DNA of 60,943 bases, the filler included. It is 6 parts of 6 records of this genome, joined end to end, with 100 filler letters (N's around TTAATTAATTAA, not from the genome) between each part and the next. Parts side by side here need not be neighbours in the genome. Positions count along the whole stretch, not along the records: positions 42,327 to 47,875 come from DRR378314_560; positions 47,976 to 60,943 come from DRR378314_561; 4 more parts are not named here. One strand, 5' to 3'. A model generated the notes under the pieces. It had not been told where the DNA came from. It was given only the letters and a program-made list of their open reading frames with translations, and ran no database searches. A program made the position numbers and the translations under genes. This document shows positions 44,893 through 54,676 of this stretch, one piece after another; positions within the stretch are counted from its first letter, which is position 1; the number at the start of each line of letters is the position of its first letter.

Positions 44893-47861
44893 ATGTCAGA
44901 GTACGTTGCGGCGTCGTAGAGCGCAAGGGGAGGCGCAGGTGATTCTTGAGGCTTACTATTGATTTTTTGATGCTGCAATTTATATTCCAGCGAAATTGAA
45001 TGATTGCGGGCGCCTTTTTTCGCGAGTTTGTGTGGTGGGCGGCCGCTTTCGCCGCTTCGTGTGCTCTCGCGGCGCTTCGCCGCTGCCGCCGGCGGACTCG
45101 CGCGGTGACGGTGGCGCTTCCCACATATTTCGGCTCATGAAAGCAGGTCGGCATTGCTGCCGTATGTAGGAAGCAGTCTGTTTTTTTTGCAAATATCTTT
45201 GCCTCATGTTGTGACTTGCGAGTGTTTATTCGGCGCTCGCTGGGCATTTCTCGGTTGCCTGGTGAGTCTCGCGCGCTTCGCTTGTGTCGCTCTACCTGTG
45301 CAAATACCGCCTCCGCTCCGTGGCTCCGCCCCGTGCCTCTGTGCGTCTCTGGCGCGTTGCTCCCGCAGGGAAAGCGCGCGTCCGCAAGTGGCGCTGCCTG
45401 CTTCCCTACCACCCGATCTAGATGCATGCGAGCGCGTTTTAGATGAGCTGGCGAAGGACCCCGTCGCAGAAGCGTTCCTGGAGGCAGTGGACCCGGATAA
45501 GGTGCGTAGCTGGCTCGACGTGCGCAGCGCTGTGCTTGCGCGTGCCCGCGCGGCCTTTCGCTCACGGGCTGCGCACGCGCCTCCTTTGCCAGTTTGTGAG
45601 ATGAGGTAGCGCGGGTTAGGACGTGGCCATTTGGTATTACGCTAACGCATAAGTGCTTTGGTTCCGTGACATTCGTTGCGTAGCTCGGCATTCCGGACTA
45701 TTTCAAGCACATTTCGCATCCGATGGACCTTGGCACCGTGAGGAAGAAGCTGGCGCGTCGGCGATACGGAGAGCCGAAGGACTTTGCGCACGATGTAGTA
45801 CTCACGTTTCACAACGCCATGTCGTACAACCCGCCAGGTAACCCGGTGCATGAGCAAGCGAAAGAAATGAGGGCGAAATTCGAGACTTTATCTGCTAGCC
45901 CACCGCCAGCAGCCAAGGCGGTGGGGAAGAACTGGGCCCAGGGAGTTGAAGCTGGCCGGATCGAAAAGGTGCGCGCTCAGGTCTCCCGCGCGCGCGCAGG
46001 CACGCGCACACGCTCTCTCCGTCTCCACGCACTCGCTACAAAGGGACGACGAACGCCAAGAAAACTAAGAGGAATATGTAGCAGCAATAGCAGAGTCAGC
46101 AGCAGTCGCGTGTATCCAGATGACGTGTTTCGTACACACTCATGGCTGTTATGGCGTCCATCCGCATGTTGCTACGATGTCGCGGTAGGCGCTGTGAAGC
46201 TGCTGTGCGACAAGGTCGCTGGAGTCCTTGCGCGGGAGAGGGGCGCCGAGTGCTGCAGAGCGCGCGTGAATGCGCTTGCTTCGCTCTGCCTTTTGCGCTT
46301 CTCCCCGCGACTCCGACGCCCTTTCCCCTGATTTCTTCGTGTGTTTGTTTGTTGGTTGACGGTGCAATCTGGAACGACAGGAGATGGTGCGGCTGCTTGG
46401 TAACCTGGACGAAACGAACCAGCACAACGTGTATCGCGCAGCACTGGACACACTGCTCAAGCAAGACCTCGCTGCGCCGTTCCTCCGTCCCGTCAACACG
46501 GAAGGCGAAGCAGCGCCTGGATACAGCGACGTACGTGGACAGCGCCACTGTTGCAGTGCCGTTTTCCTTTCTCCACAACCTTGGTTTTCTGTATGGAAAA
46601 GGTGTATATGAGTCCTGGTGCTTGTGTGCGAGACCTGATACTTGAAAAAAAACTCGAACGCATGCGAGCACGGGAAGTCCACGCTGTGGCATGCTTTCGC
46701 GTTTGTTGTGGGAGAGAAGCGTTTCTTGTGCTGCGAGCGCAGCTCACAGAGCGCGCGCAGCACACATGCTTCTAATGCAATCCCTGTCGAACTTCCCGGT
46801 AATCACTCTGACGCAAAACGTTACAGGTGGTGAAAGAGCCGATGGATCTTGGAACGATCCGGCAGAATGTATCGCGCAAGCTGTACAAAACGCCCGAGGC
46901 GTTTATGCGCGATTGCTGTCTCGTCTGGACAAATGCAATGGCATACAACCCGCAGCAGCATCCGGTCCATGAGCAAGCCAAGGGGCTCCGGACTGCCTTT
47001 GGGCGATGTATGCTCGATGCGTTGAAATCATCGGTACGTTGCTACGTGGTTTATTCCTGCTCTTAGTCTGTGGCTTTCTTTTCTGAAGGCTGCCAGAGAT
47101 CGCGTGGTGCCGCGTGCCTGATGAGGAATATGCCCTGGTTGCGCGTGAAGAGGCTCGCATGGGCTACTGGCCGGTCAAACGCGCGTCTCTTTCACACGAG
47201 CGCGCTCCTCATTCTCCACTCGACTTTTCTCGGGTGTGCATGTAGCTGCTGCGTTGCAATTGGCGCGTGGAGCGTCTAGTCGTTGCGACGCATCGCACTG
47301 TCCTGGTACCGACGCACCTCGTTCATCTTTGTCTAATGTCACGGGCTGGACGCGACCTGTGTTCTGCACCTAACCCTTGTTATTGGCTGTCCAGGGTGCT
47401 ATCCCAGCTGCAAAGTCAAAGTCGGCAGGGACGCCATCTACTAGCAAAGGGGCAAAGCGGCGTAAATCAGATGCAGGTGATATCGATGGAAAGAGTCCTG
47501 CGGCGAAGAGACAGAAAAAGGACCCCAGTACTCCCGCGAGCGCTCTGCAGTCAGAGGACGCTAGCACTGTGGGCACGTCCGCACCGCTCGCGGACGCAGA
47601 GGCCTCTGGGACGCCCGGGAAGAGGCGAAAAGCCCCGACAGCGTCACCGTCAACGACAACTCCGGCGAAACGACGCAGGGCGGAGACACCTTCTTCAGCA
47701 CGGGGCGGATCTACGCCCGCGGGCTCTCGGAAAGGTCTCACGCGTGCCGAAGGCGCGCGCGCGCTCCACGTGCTGCGCGAGCTCGAGGGACTCGACGAGG
47801 CGGAGCCCTTTCTGGATCCAGTCGATCCTGACGAGCTTGGGATCCCAGACTATCCTGATGT
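44893..47861 (+). CDS. Multi-bromodomain protein (at least 3 bromodomains), truncated at the contig end
   Basis: Exons 44893-44900, 45369-45501, 45684-45968, 46381-46530, 46827-47033 and 47395-~47861. BD1 AFLEAVDPDKLGIPDYFKHISHPMDLGTV…NAMSYN; BD2 PFLRPVN…PGYSDVVKEPMDLGTI…NAMAYN; BD3 begins PFLDPVDPDELGIPDY. Basic NLS-like linker (KRRK, KRQKK). Confidence 0.9.
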
Positions 47862-47875
47862 GTACGTTGTCTTGC

Positions 47876-47975
47876 NNNNNNNNNNNNNNNNNNNNNNNNN
47901 NNNNNNNNNNNNNNNNNNNTTAATTAATTAANNNNNNNNNNNNNNNNNNNNNNNNNNNNNNNNNNNNNNNNNNNN
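47876..47975. other. Artificial contig spacer
   Basis: 44 N + TTAATTAATTAA + 44 N. Confidence 0.98.
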
Positions 47976-48212
47976 CGGCATCCCGGCGGGCCAGGGCATC
48001 ACCCCCTGCGGCCCCGGCATCAGGGTAACCACACGTCTGGCATCCTTAAGATAAGGGCGCAGCAAGGGCGCGGCAAAGCCGAAGCCCACAACGGTCTGCC
48101 CCTTTGCCTCCGGCCAAAGTTCCAACATGCGATCACGCAGGCTTTTCTGCGCCGCACGTCCCAAAGCGTTGCGATAATAAAAGTTGCGCAGATCTTGTAC
48201 GTCGAGGTGCAT
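47976..48212 (-). CDS. Class I SAM-dependent methyltransferase (YafS-like), N-terminal part
   Basis: [13 protein letters not shown]…[14 protein letters not shown]…LMPGPQGV; divergent from gloB, the usual proteobacterial arrangement. Confidence 0.75.
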
Positions 48213-48273
48213 TGCGAACCTGCCCTTGCGGTGTCACTCTGGTCAAATCATAGCAACTACAGAAAAATCCACC

Positions 48274-49041
48274 ATGCCCTTTGACCTGATTACCATTCCC
48301 TGCCTGTCCGACAATTATGCCTATCTACTGCGCGATGGCGAAACTGGCGAAGTGGCGGTGATCGACGTGCCGGATGCCGCACCGATCAAGGCGGAGCTGG
48401 CAGCGCGAGGCTGGACGTTAACTCAGGTCTGGCTGACACATCACCATTGGGATCACGTAGACGGGCTGCCTGATCTGCTGGCCGATCACCCGGCACAGGT
48501 TGTCGGGGCCAAGGCCGACGCCCAGCGTTTGCCACCGCTGGATGTTGCTGTGTCCGAAGGGGATCAAGTGAAACTGGGTGCGTTGACGGCCGAGGTTTTT
48601 GATGTATCCGGCCATACCCTGAACCACATCGCCTTTTATGTCGCAGCCGCGCAGGCCTGCTTCACCGCAGACAGCCTGATGGCGCTTGGCTGTGGCCGTC
48701 TGTTCGAGGGCACCCCGGCACAAATGTGGGGCTCGATGCAAAAACTGATGGCCCTGCCACCTGAAACCACGATTTGCTCTGGCCATGAATATACTGCCTC
48801 GAATGCCAAATTTGCCCTGACGGTTGATCCGGGAAATTCGGCCCTTATATCAAGGTCAGACGAAATCACGGCAGCGCGTGCCAAGGGGCGTCCGACAGTC
48901 CCCTCGTTGCTTGCAACCGAACTGGAAACCAATCCCTTTTTGCGACCCGCCGATCCGGGCATTCGCGCGACATTGGGGATGCAAACCGCTTCTGACGCAG
49001 AGGTGTTTACCGAAATTCGCAAACGAAAAGATGTTTTTTGA
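48274..49041 (+). CDS. gloB: Hydroxyacylglutathione hydrolase (glyoxalase II)
   Basis: IPCLSDNYAY, THHHWDH metal motif, GHT, GCGRLFEG, GHEYT and ELETNPFLR. ATG at 48274 preferred. Confidence 0.95.
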   Translation: MPFDLITIPCLSDNYAYLLRDGETGEVAVIDVPDAAPIKAELAARGWTLTQVWLTHHHWDHVDGLPDLLADHPAQVVGAKADAQRLPPLDVAVSEGDQVKLGALTAEVFDVSGHTLNHIAFYVAAAQACFTADSLMALGCGRLFEGTPAQMWGSMQKLMALPPETTICSGHEYTASNAKFALTVDPGNSALISRSDEITAARAKGRPTVPSLLATELETNPFLRPADPGIRATLGMQTASDAEVFTEIRKRKDVF

Positions 49042-49215
49042 CAACGAAAACCGGGGCATTTCTACAAAATATAGTGATCTTGGAGCTAATTTCACAAGAA
49101 AATGCTTGAAGCCGCGCCACGATCAACCAAACTCTAACACTAAGAGGCCATGGTCGGCACGGGGACCTGTCATACCACAGCATTCCCACCGGCCCACAGG
49201 ATAAGGAGCACGCAG

Positions 49216-51537
49216 GTGCCTTCATTCTCAAATACACTTGAGCAGGCAATCCATTCCGCATTGGCACTGGCCAATGCAAGGCGGCACGAATTCGCCACGC
49301 TGGAGCATCTGCTCTTGTCGTTGATCGACGAGCCCGATGCAGTTCAGGTGATGAAAGCCTGTTCGGTCGATGTAAACGAATTGCGCGACACATTGGTCGA
49401 ATTTGTTGACGAGGATTTAAGCAACCTTGTCACCGATGTGGACGGTTCTGAGGCTGTGCCAACCGCTGCCTTCCAGCGGGTCATCCAGCGCGCCGCGATC
49501 CATGTGCAATCTTCGGGCCGGACCGAAGTGACTGGTGCAAACGTACTGGTTGCGATCTTTGCCGAACGCGAAAGCAATGCCGCCTATTTCCTGCAGGAAC
49601 AGGAAATGACGCGGTATGACGCGGTAAATTACATCGCTCATGGTGTCGCCAAGGACCCCGCCTATGGCGAGGCCCGCCCGGTTGCCGGTGCGCCAGAGCA
49701 CGAGGAAGAAACCCAAGGGGTGACCGAGGGCGAAAAGAAAGAAACCGCGCTTGAGAAATATTGCGTCGATTTGAACGCAAAATCGCGCGAGGGCGATATT
49801 GACCCGCTGATCGGGCGCGATGGCGAAGTGGAACGCTGCATTCAGGTGCTGTGCCGCCGGCGCAAGAACAATCCGCTGTTGGTGGGCGATCCCGGTGTCG
49901 GCAAAACCGCCATTGCCGAAGGGCTTGCCCGTAAGATCGTCGCGGGGGAAACCCCTGAAGTGCTGGAAAACACAACAATCTTCTCGCTTGATATGGGGGC
50001 GCTGCTGGCCGGCACCCGGTATCGCGGCGACTTTGAGGAACGTTTAAAAGCTGTTGTGACAGAACTGGAAGATCACGACGACGCGGTTCTGTTTATTGAC
50101 GAGATCCACACCGTGATCGGTGCCGGTGCCACATCCGGCGGCGCAATGGATGCCTCCAACCTGCTGAAACCGGCGCTGGCCGGTGGCAAGCTGCGCACCA
50201 TGGGGTCCACCACCTACAAGGAATTCCGTCAGCATTTTGAAAAAGACCGGGCATTGGCACGTCGTTTCCAAAAGATCGACGTGAACGAGCCATCTGTCGA
50301 AGATGCGGTGAAAATCCTGAAAGGCCTGAAACCCTATTTCGAGGATCACCATTCGGTCAAATACACCTCTGATGCGATCAAAACCTCGGTCGAACTGGCC
50401 GCGCGTTACATCAACGACCGCAAACTGCCGGATTCGGCCATTGATGTGATTGATGAAGCTGGTGCAGCCCAGCATCTGATCACCGCCTCCAAACGCCGCA
50501 AGACCATTGGCACCAAAGAGGTCGAAGCCGTGGTGGCCAAGATTGCGCGCATCCCGCCCAAAACCGTCAGCAAAGACGATGTTGTGGTGTTGAAAGACCT
50601 TGAGGCATCGCTGAAACGCGTGGTCTTTGGTCAGGATACCGCAATCGAGGCGCTGGCATCCGCGATCAAGCTGTCCCGCGCGGGCCTGCGTGAACCGGAA
50701 AAACCCATCGGCAACTACCTGTTCGCCGGTCCTACGGGTGTGGGTAAAACCGAAGTCGCCAAGCAACTTGCCGATACATTGGGTGTTGAGCTGCTGCGCT
50801 TTGACATGTCGGAATATATGGAGAAACATGCGGTTTCCCGTCTGATCGGGGCTCCTCCCGGCTATGTCGGCTTTGATCAGGGTGGCATGCTGACCGATGG
50901 TGTGGATCAGCACCCGCATTGTGTGTTGCTGCTGGATGAGATGGAAAAAGCGCATCCTGATGTCTACAATATCCTCTTGCAGGTAATGGATCACGGCAAG
51001 CTGACAGATCACAACGGGCGTACCGTGGATTTCCGCAATGTGGTGATCATCATGACCTCGAACGCAGGTGCATCTGAGCAGGCGAAAGAGGCTGTCGGCT
51101 TTGGCCGCGACCGTCGTACGGGTGAAGATACCGCTGCGATCGAACGGACCTTTACGCCGGAATTCCGCAACCGTCTGGATGCGGTGATCTCCTTTGCCGC
51201 GCTGCCGAAAGAGGTGATCCTGCAGGTGGTTGAGAAATTCGTGCTGCAGCTCGAAGCGCAGCTGATGGACCGCAATGTGACGTTCGAATTGTCAAAGAAA
51301 GCCGCCGAATGGCTGGGGGACAAGGGCTATGACGACAAGATGGGCGCACGTCCGCTGGGCCGCGTCATTCAGGAGCATATCAAGAAACCACTGGCCGAAG
51401 AGCTGCTGTTTGGCAAACTTGCCAAGGGCGGCGTTGTAAAAGTGGGCGTCAAGAAAGGTGAACTTGAGCTGACCATTCTGGACCATGAAAAACGCCAGTT
51501 GTCAGGTGACAAACCGCCATTGCTGACCGCGGAATGA
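49216..51537 (+). CDS. clpA: ATP-dependent Clp protease ATP-binding subunit ClpA
   Basis: GTG start after [18 protein letters not shown]-domain; two AAA modules ([15 protein letters not shown] and [16 protein letters not shown]); no ClpB middle domain. Confidence 0.96.
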   Translation: MPSFSNTLEQAIHSALALANARRHEFATLEHLLLSLIDEPDAVQVMKACSVDVNELRDTLVEFVDEDLSNLVTDVDGSEAVPTAAFQRVIQRAAIHVQSSGRTEVTGANVLVAIFAERESNAAYFLQEQEMTRYDAVNYIAHGVAKDPAYGEARPVAGAPEHEEETQGVTEGEKKETALEKYCVDLNAKSREGDIDPLIGRDGEVERCIQVLCRRRKNNPLLVGDPGVGKTAIAEGLARKIVAGETPEVLENTTIFSLDMGALLAGTRYRGDFEERLKAVVTELEDHDDAVLFIDEIHTVIGAGATSGGAMDASNLLKPALAGGKLRTMGSTTYKEFRQHFEKDRALARRFQKIDVNEPSVEDAVKILKGLKPYFEDHHSVKYTSDAIKTSVELAARYINDRKLPDSAIDVIDEAGAAQHLITASKRRKTIGTKEVEAVVAKIARIPPKTVSKDDVVVLKDLEASLKRVVFGQDTAIEALASAIKLSRAGLREPEKPIGNYLFAGPTGVGKTEVAKQLADTLGVELLRFDMSEYMEKHAVSRLIGAPPGYVGFDQGGMLTDGVDQHPHCVLLLDEMEKAHPDVYNILLQVMDHGKLTDHNGRTVDFRNVVIIMTSNAGASEQAKEAVGFGRDRRTGEDTAAIERTFTPEFRNRLDAVISFAALPKEVILQVVEKFVLQLEAQLMDRNVTFELSKKAAEWLGDKGYDDKMGARPLGRVIQEHIKKPLAEELLFGKLAKGGVVKVGVKKGELELTILDHEKRQLSGDKPPLLTAE

Positions 51538-52505
51538 TGAGACGGGGCCTGTTGGCCCTGTCCTTCCCCTTTGCCAGTATCGCCACGGCAGAGGGGCTGA
51601 CCCTGCAGTTTCCGGTGGACTGCACTCTGGGCGATAGCTGCTATATCCAGCAATATATGGACCGCGATCCCGGTAAGGGCTTTCGCGATTACCGCTGTGC
51701 GCAGCTTAGCTATGACGGGCACAAGGGCACCGATTTTGCCCTGCCCTCCCGCGCGCGGATGCAGGCAGGCGTTGATGTTCTGGCAGCCGCAGACGGCCGT
51801 GTGCGTGGGTTTCGCAACACCATGCCCGATACCGGATATACCGAAGAAACCGCGAACAGCGTTGAGGGAAAGGAATGCGGCAACGGCGTTGTACTGGTGC
51901 ATCCCGGCGGCTGGGAAACGCAATATTGCCATTTGAAACAAGGCTCTGTCGCAATCAAGAATGACCAGACGGTCAAAGCTGGCGACATTCTGGGGCAGAT
52001 AGGTCTGTCTGGCCGCACCGAATTCCCACATCTGCACCTTTCTGTGCGCCAGGGCGGGAAACCTGTTGATCCTTTCGACCCGAACGGAACCGCAACCTGC
52101 GCCACGCCGGATGTCAGCACCCTTTGGGCTGAAACGCCGCCCTATCAACCGGGCGGTATCGTCGAGGTCGGGCTAAGCACCACAATGCCGGAATATGCGG
52201 ATGTGAAAGAAGGCATCCCGGCGCTCACCACACTGCCCGCCTCCGCCCCTGCCCTGATCGTGTACAGCTTTAGCTTTGGAACGCAAAAAGGCGACATCGT
52301 CCGGCTGGAAATCACCGGCCCCGAGGGTGTCGTCATCACCGAAGACCGCAAATTGACCCGGCGCCATGCCCAAGCCTTTCGCGCAGTTGGCAAACGCCTG
52401 CGGGGCAAAGAGGCATGGCCCACAGGCCCCTATGTCGCGCGGGCCACCTTGATACGTGATGGGGTGGCGATCAGCAGCCAACAGGCAGAAACCATCATAG
52501 ATTAG
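51534..52505 (+). CDS. M23-family metallopeptidase
   Basis: Signal-like N-terminus; HKGTD (HxxxD), CGNGV, YCHL and HLH (HxH) motifs; overlaps the clpA stop (ATGA). Confidence 0.88.
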   Translation: MMRRGLLALSFPFASIATAEGLTLQFPVDCTLGDSCYIQQYMDRDPGKGFRDYRCAQLSYDGHKGTDFALPSRARMQAGVDVLAAADGRVRGFRNTMPDTGYTEETANSVEGKECGNGVVLVHPGGWETQYCHLKQGSVAIKNDQTVKAGDILGQIGLSGRTEFPHLHLSVRQGGKPVDPFDPNGTATCATPDVSTLWAETPPYQPGGIVEVGLSTTMPEYADVKEGIPALTTLPASAPALIVYSFSFGTQKGDIVRLEITGPEGVVITEDRKLTRRHAQAFRAVGKRLRGKEAWPTGPYVARATLIRDGVAISSQQAETIID

Positions 52506-52528
52506 CGCATAGAGCCGAAACGGAACTG

Positions 52529-54676
52529 CTATTTCTCGGTGAACTTTAGTTCAATCCGGCGGTTTTGCGCCCGTGCGGCATCACTGTCCCCCAGCGCAAC
52601 CGGCTGATATTGACCAAAGCCGTTTGCCGCCAGACGATCCGGCGGGATACCCAGAAAATTAATCATATATTTCACAACCGACAGCGCCCGCGCCTGACTT
52701 AGCTCCCAATTGTCCGCGAATTCCCCAAAACCGGACAAGGGATCATTGTCAGTATGCCCATCAACCCGAATGACCCAGTCAATTTCGGCAGGGATATCCC
52801 CGGCAACAGAGCGTAAAATACCCGCAACTTTGGCAATCTCGCCGCGTCCCTCATCTGACAATACTGCTCCACCGGGGGGGAACAACACCTCAGAAGAAAA
52901 CACAAACCGGTCCCCTTCAATCCGCACCCCTTCCTGCGTGCCCAGTACGTCACGCAACCGGCCAAAGAACTCTGAGCGATATTGCTCCAGATCCTTGGTT
53001 TCTTCCTTAAGTGCTGCGGCTTCGGCCTCAAGACGGGCCCGCTCTGCCGCTTCCAGATCCGCGCGCCGGCTTTGTTCGGCGGCAACCCGCGCCAGCGCCG
53101 TGTTCAACTCGCTGCCCAAGGATTGCAGCTCAACCTCTTTGGCGATGTCCCGCGCCTTGGCATCATCCAGCAGGGATTGCAGCTCTCCCAGCTGGGTACG
53201 CAGCGCAGCAACCTGCTGGTTCAACAACTCTGTCTGGCGCTGCGCCTCTGCGCTGACGGCTTTCTCCTGAGACAGGGCAGATTGTGCGGCCGCCAAGAGC
53301 GCAGCGCGCGTATCCGCCTGCTGGCTTTGATCCTGTGCCGCAGTTTCCGCCGCCAACCGGGCCGCCACTGCTGCCGCCAATCGGGCGCGCAGGGTGTCGC
53401 GGTCTGTGTCCAGCTCTGCTGCAGCCACTTCCTGCGCAGCAACGGCGGCACGCAAACGGGCCAATTCCTGCTGGGCTGCGGTAAGGTCGGCCTCCACCGC
53501 CGCACCGGATTGCGCGGCATCCTCTGCCGCTGCTTGCTCTGCTGCGAGGGTCGCACGCAGGCGCGCCAACTCCTGCTCTGCCGCGGTCAGCTCCTGCCGC
53601 ACATCAGCACCCGATTGCGCTGCCAATTCCGCCGCCGCCTGTGTCTGCGCAATCTGGCCGCGCAAATCGACAACAGTGGTTCCAAGGGCCGCGACCTCTC
53701 CCTGAAGCCGGGCAATTTCGGCATTGGCCGCTGTCAGATCGGTCTGTGAATCACTTTGCGCCACCAATGCGCTTTGCGCTTCCTGCTCTGCAGATTGCAG
53801 GCGGATCAAAGCCTCGGCAAGCGCCTGATCCAGATCCCCCTGCGCCGCCCGTGCTGCGGCCAGCAAGGTCAACGTATCCTCTGCATCTTTGCGCTGCGCT
53901 TCCAGCGCCAGGGTCATCGCGGTCAATTCGGTATCGGCATCAGCGAGACGGGCACGCAACATCTCGGCGGCGGCAGCTTCAGCCAGACGGGCAGCCTCTT
54001 CGGCACTCAGGGCCTCGGCCCCTGCCGCAACCTGCTCTTGCAAGGCGGCAACCTGTTCCGCGCTTTGTGCATTGCGTGATCGCAAATCTGCAACCAGCGC
54101 ATCCAATGCCGCGCGCCGCGCCGCCGCCAAACGGGCCGCTTCAGACTGTGCATCGATTTCCGAACGGGCCGCAGCCAATGCCAAATTCAATGCGTCCTGA
54201 TCACGAACAAGCTCTGCCTCACGGGCCTGCAAATCGGAGAGGGCAGAACGGTCCTCTGCCTGACTGGCCAATAACCCCGCCACCTGCGCTTCGAATGCAG
54301 AAATCCGGCCGGCTGCCGCGTCCAACGCACCGGCCTGCTGATCGCGTTCTGCGGTCAGGGAGGCGATCAGCGCCTCCTGTTGCGCCGCCTCTTGCTGCGC
54401 TGACTGCAAGGTTGCGTTCAACGCCCCAAGGCGGGCCTCAAGCTGGGCATTGTCCCGTTCCTCAAGCCCCAATGCCCGCGTCAGGGCGGCAATCTCTCCC
54501 GACAGGGTATCCAGCTCGTTTTCCTGTCCGCTGATCCGCTCTGTCAGAACAAATTGCACCACCATAAAGATGGTCAGCACAAACATCAGCACCAGCAGAA
54601 GGCCGGTCATCGCATCAACAAAACCGGGCCAGATCGAGCTTTGAAACCGCGCACCCGTGCGACGCGACAGGGCCAT
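52529..54676 (-). CDS. MotB/ZorB-like protein: N-terminal TM with conserved Asp, ~500-aa Ala/Gln/Glu coiled coil, C-terminal OmpA-like peptidoglycan-binding domain
   Basis: IWPGFVDAMTGLLLVLMFVL; C-terminal VLF…RVDGHTD…NWELSQARALSV…GFGQYQP…NRRIE. Confidence 0.88.
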   Translation of the reverse strand: MALSRRTGARFQSSIWPGFVDAMTGLLLVLMFVLTIFMVVQFVLTERISGQENELDTLSGEIAALTRALGLEERDNAQLEARLGALNATLQSAQQEAAQQEALIASLTAERDQQAGALDAAAGRISAFEAQVAGLLASQAEDRSALSDLQAREAELVRDQDALNLALAAARSEIDAQSEAARLAAARRAALDALVADLRSRNAQSAEQVAALQEQVAAGAEALSAEEAARLAEAAAAEMLRARLADADTELTAMTLALEAQRKDAEDTLTLLAAARAAQGDLDQALAEALIRLQSAEQEAQSALVAQSDSQTDLTAANAEIARLQGEVAALGTTVVDLRGQIAQTQAAAELAAQSGADVRQELTAAEQELARLRATLAAEQAAAEDAAQSGAAVEADLTAAQQELARLRAAVAAQEVAAAELDTDRDTLRARLAAAVAARLAAETAAQDQSQQADTRAALLAAAQSALSQEKAVSAEAQRQTELLNQQVAALRTQLGELQSLLDDAKARDIAKEVELQSLGSELNTALARVAAEQSRRADLEAAERARLEAEAAALKEETKDLEQYRSEFFGRLRDVLGTQEGVRIEGDRFVFSSEVLFPPGGAVLSDEGRGEIAKVAGILRSVAGDIPAEIDWVIRVDGHTDNDPLSGFGEFADNWELSQARALSVVKYMINFLGIPPDRLAANGFGQYQPVALGDSDAARAQNRRIELKFTEK

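Noticed and set aside
11899..47875. Hundreds of overlapping Arg/Ala/Cys-rich six-frame ORFs read as a dense novel gene cluster or virus
   Set aside because: They are by-products of high GC content. The real genes are spliced, and their exons join in frame at GT-AG boundaries.
11899..47875. Introner-like repeated introns or a reassigned genetic code
   Set aside because: The introns compared by eye share only splice signals, and no conserved exon needed stop-codon readthrough. An all-against-all intron alignment would be needed to exclude weak repeats.
49042..49215. Missing clpS upstream of clpA as an anomaly
   Set aside because: The gap is too short for clpS, and clpS can be unlinked from clpA in alphaproteobacteria; uninformative without the whole genome.
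50044..51012. 322-aa antisense ORF inside clpA (and the similar 54896-55894 ORF)
   Set aside because: Shadow ORFs caused by codon bias of the GC-rich sense genes; no recognisable motifs.
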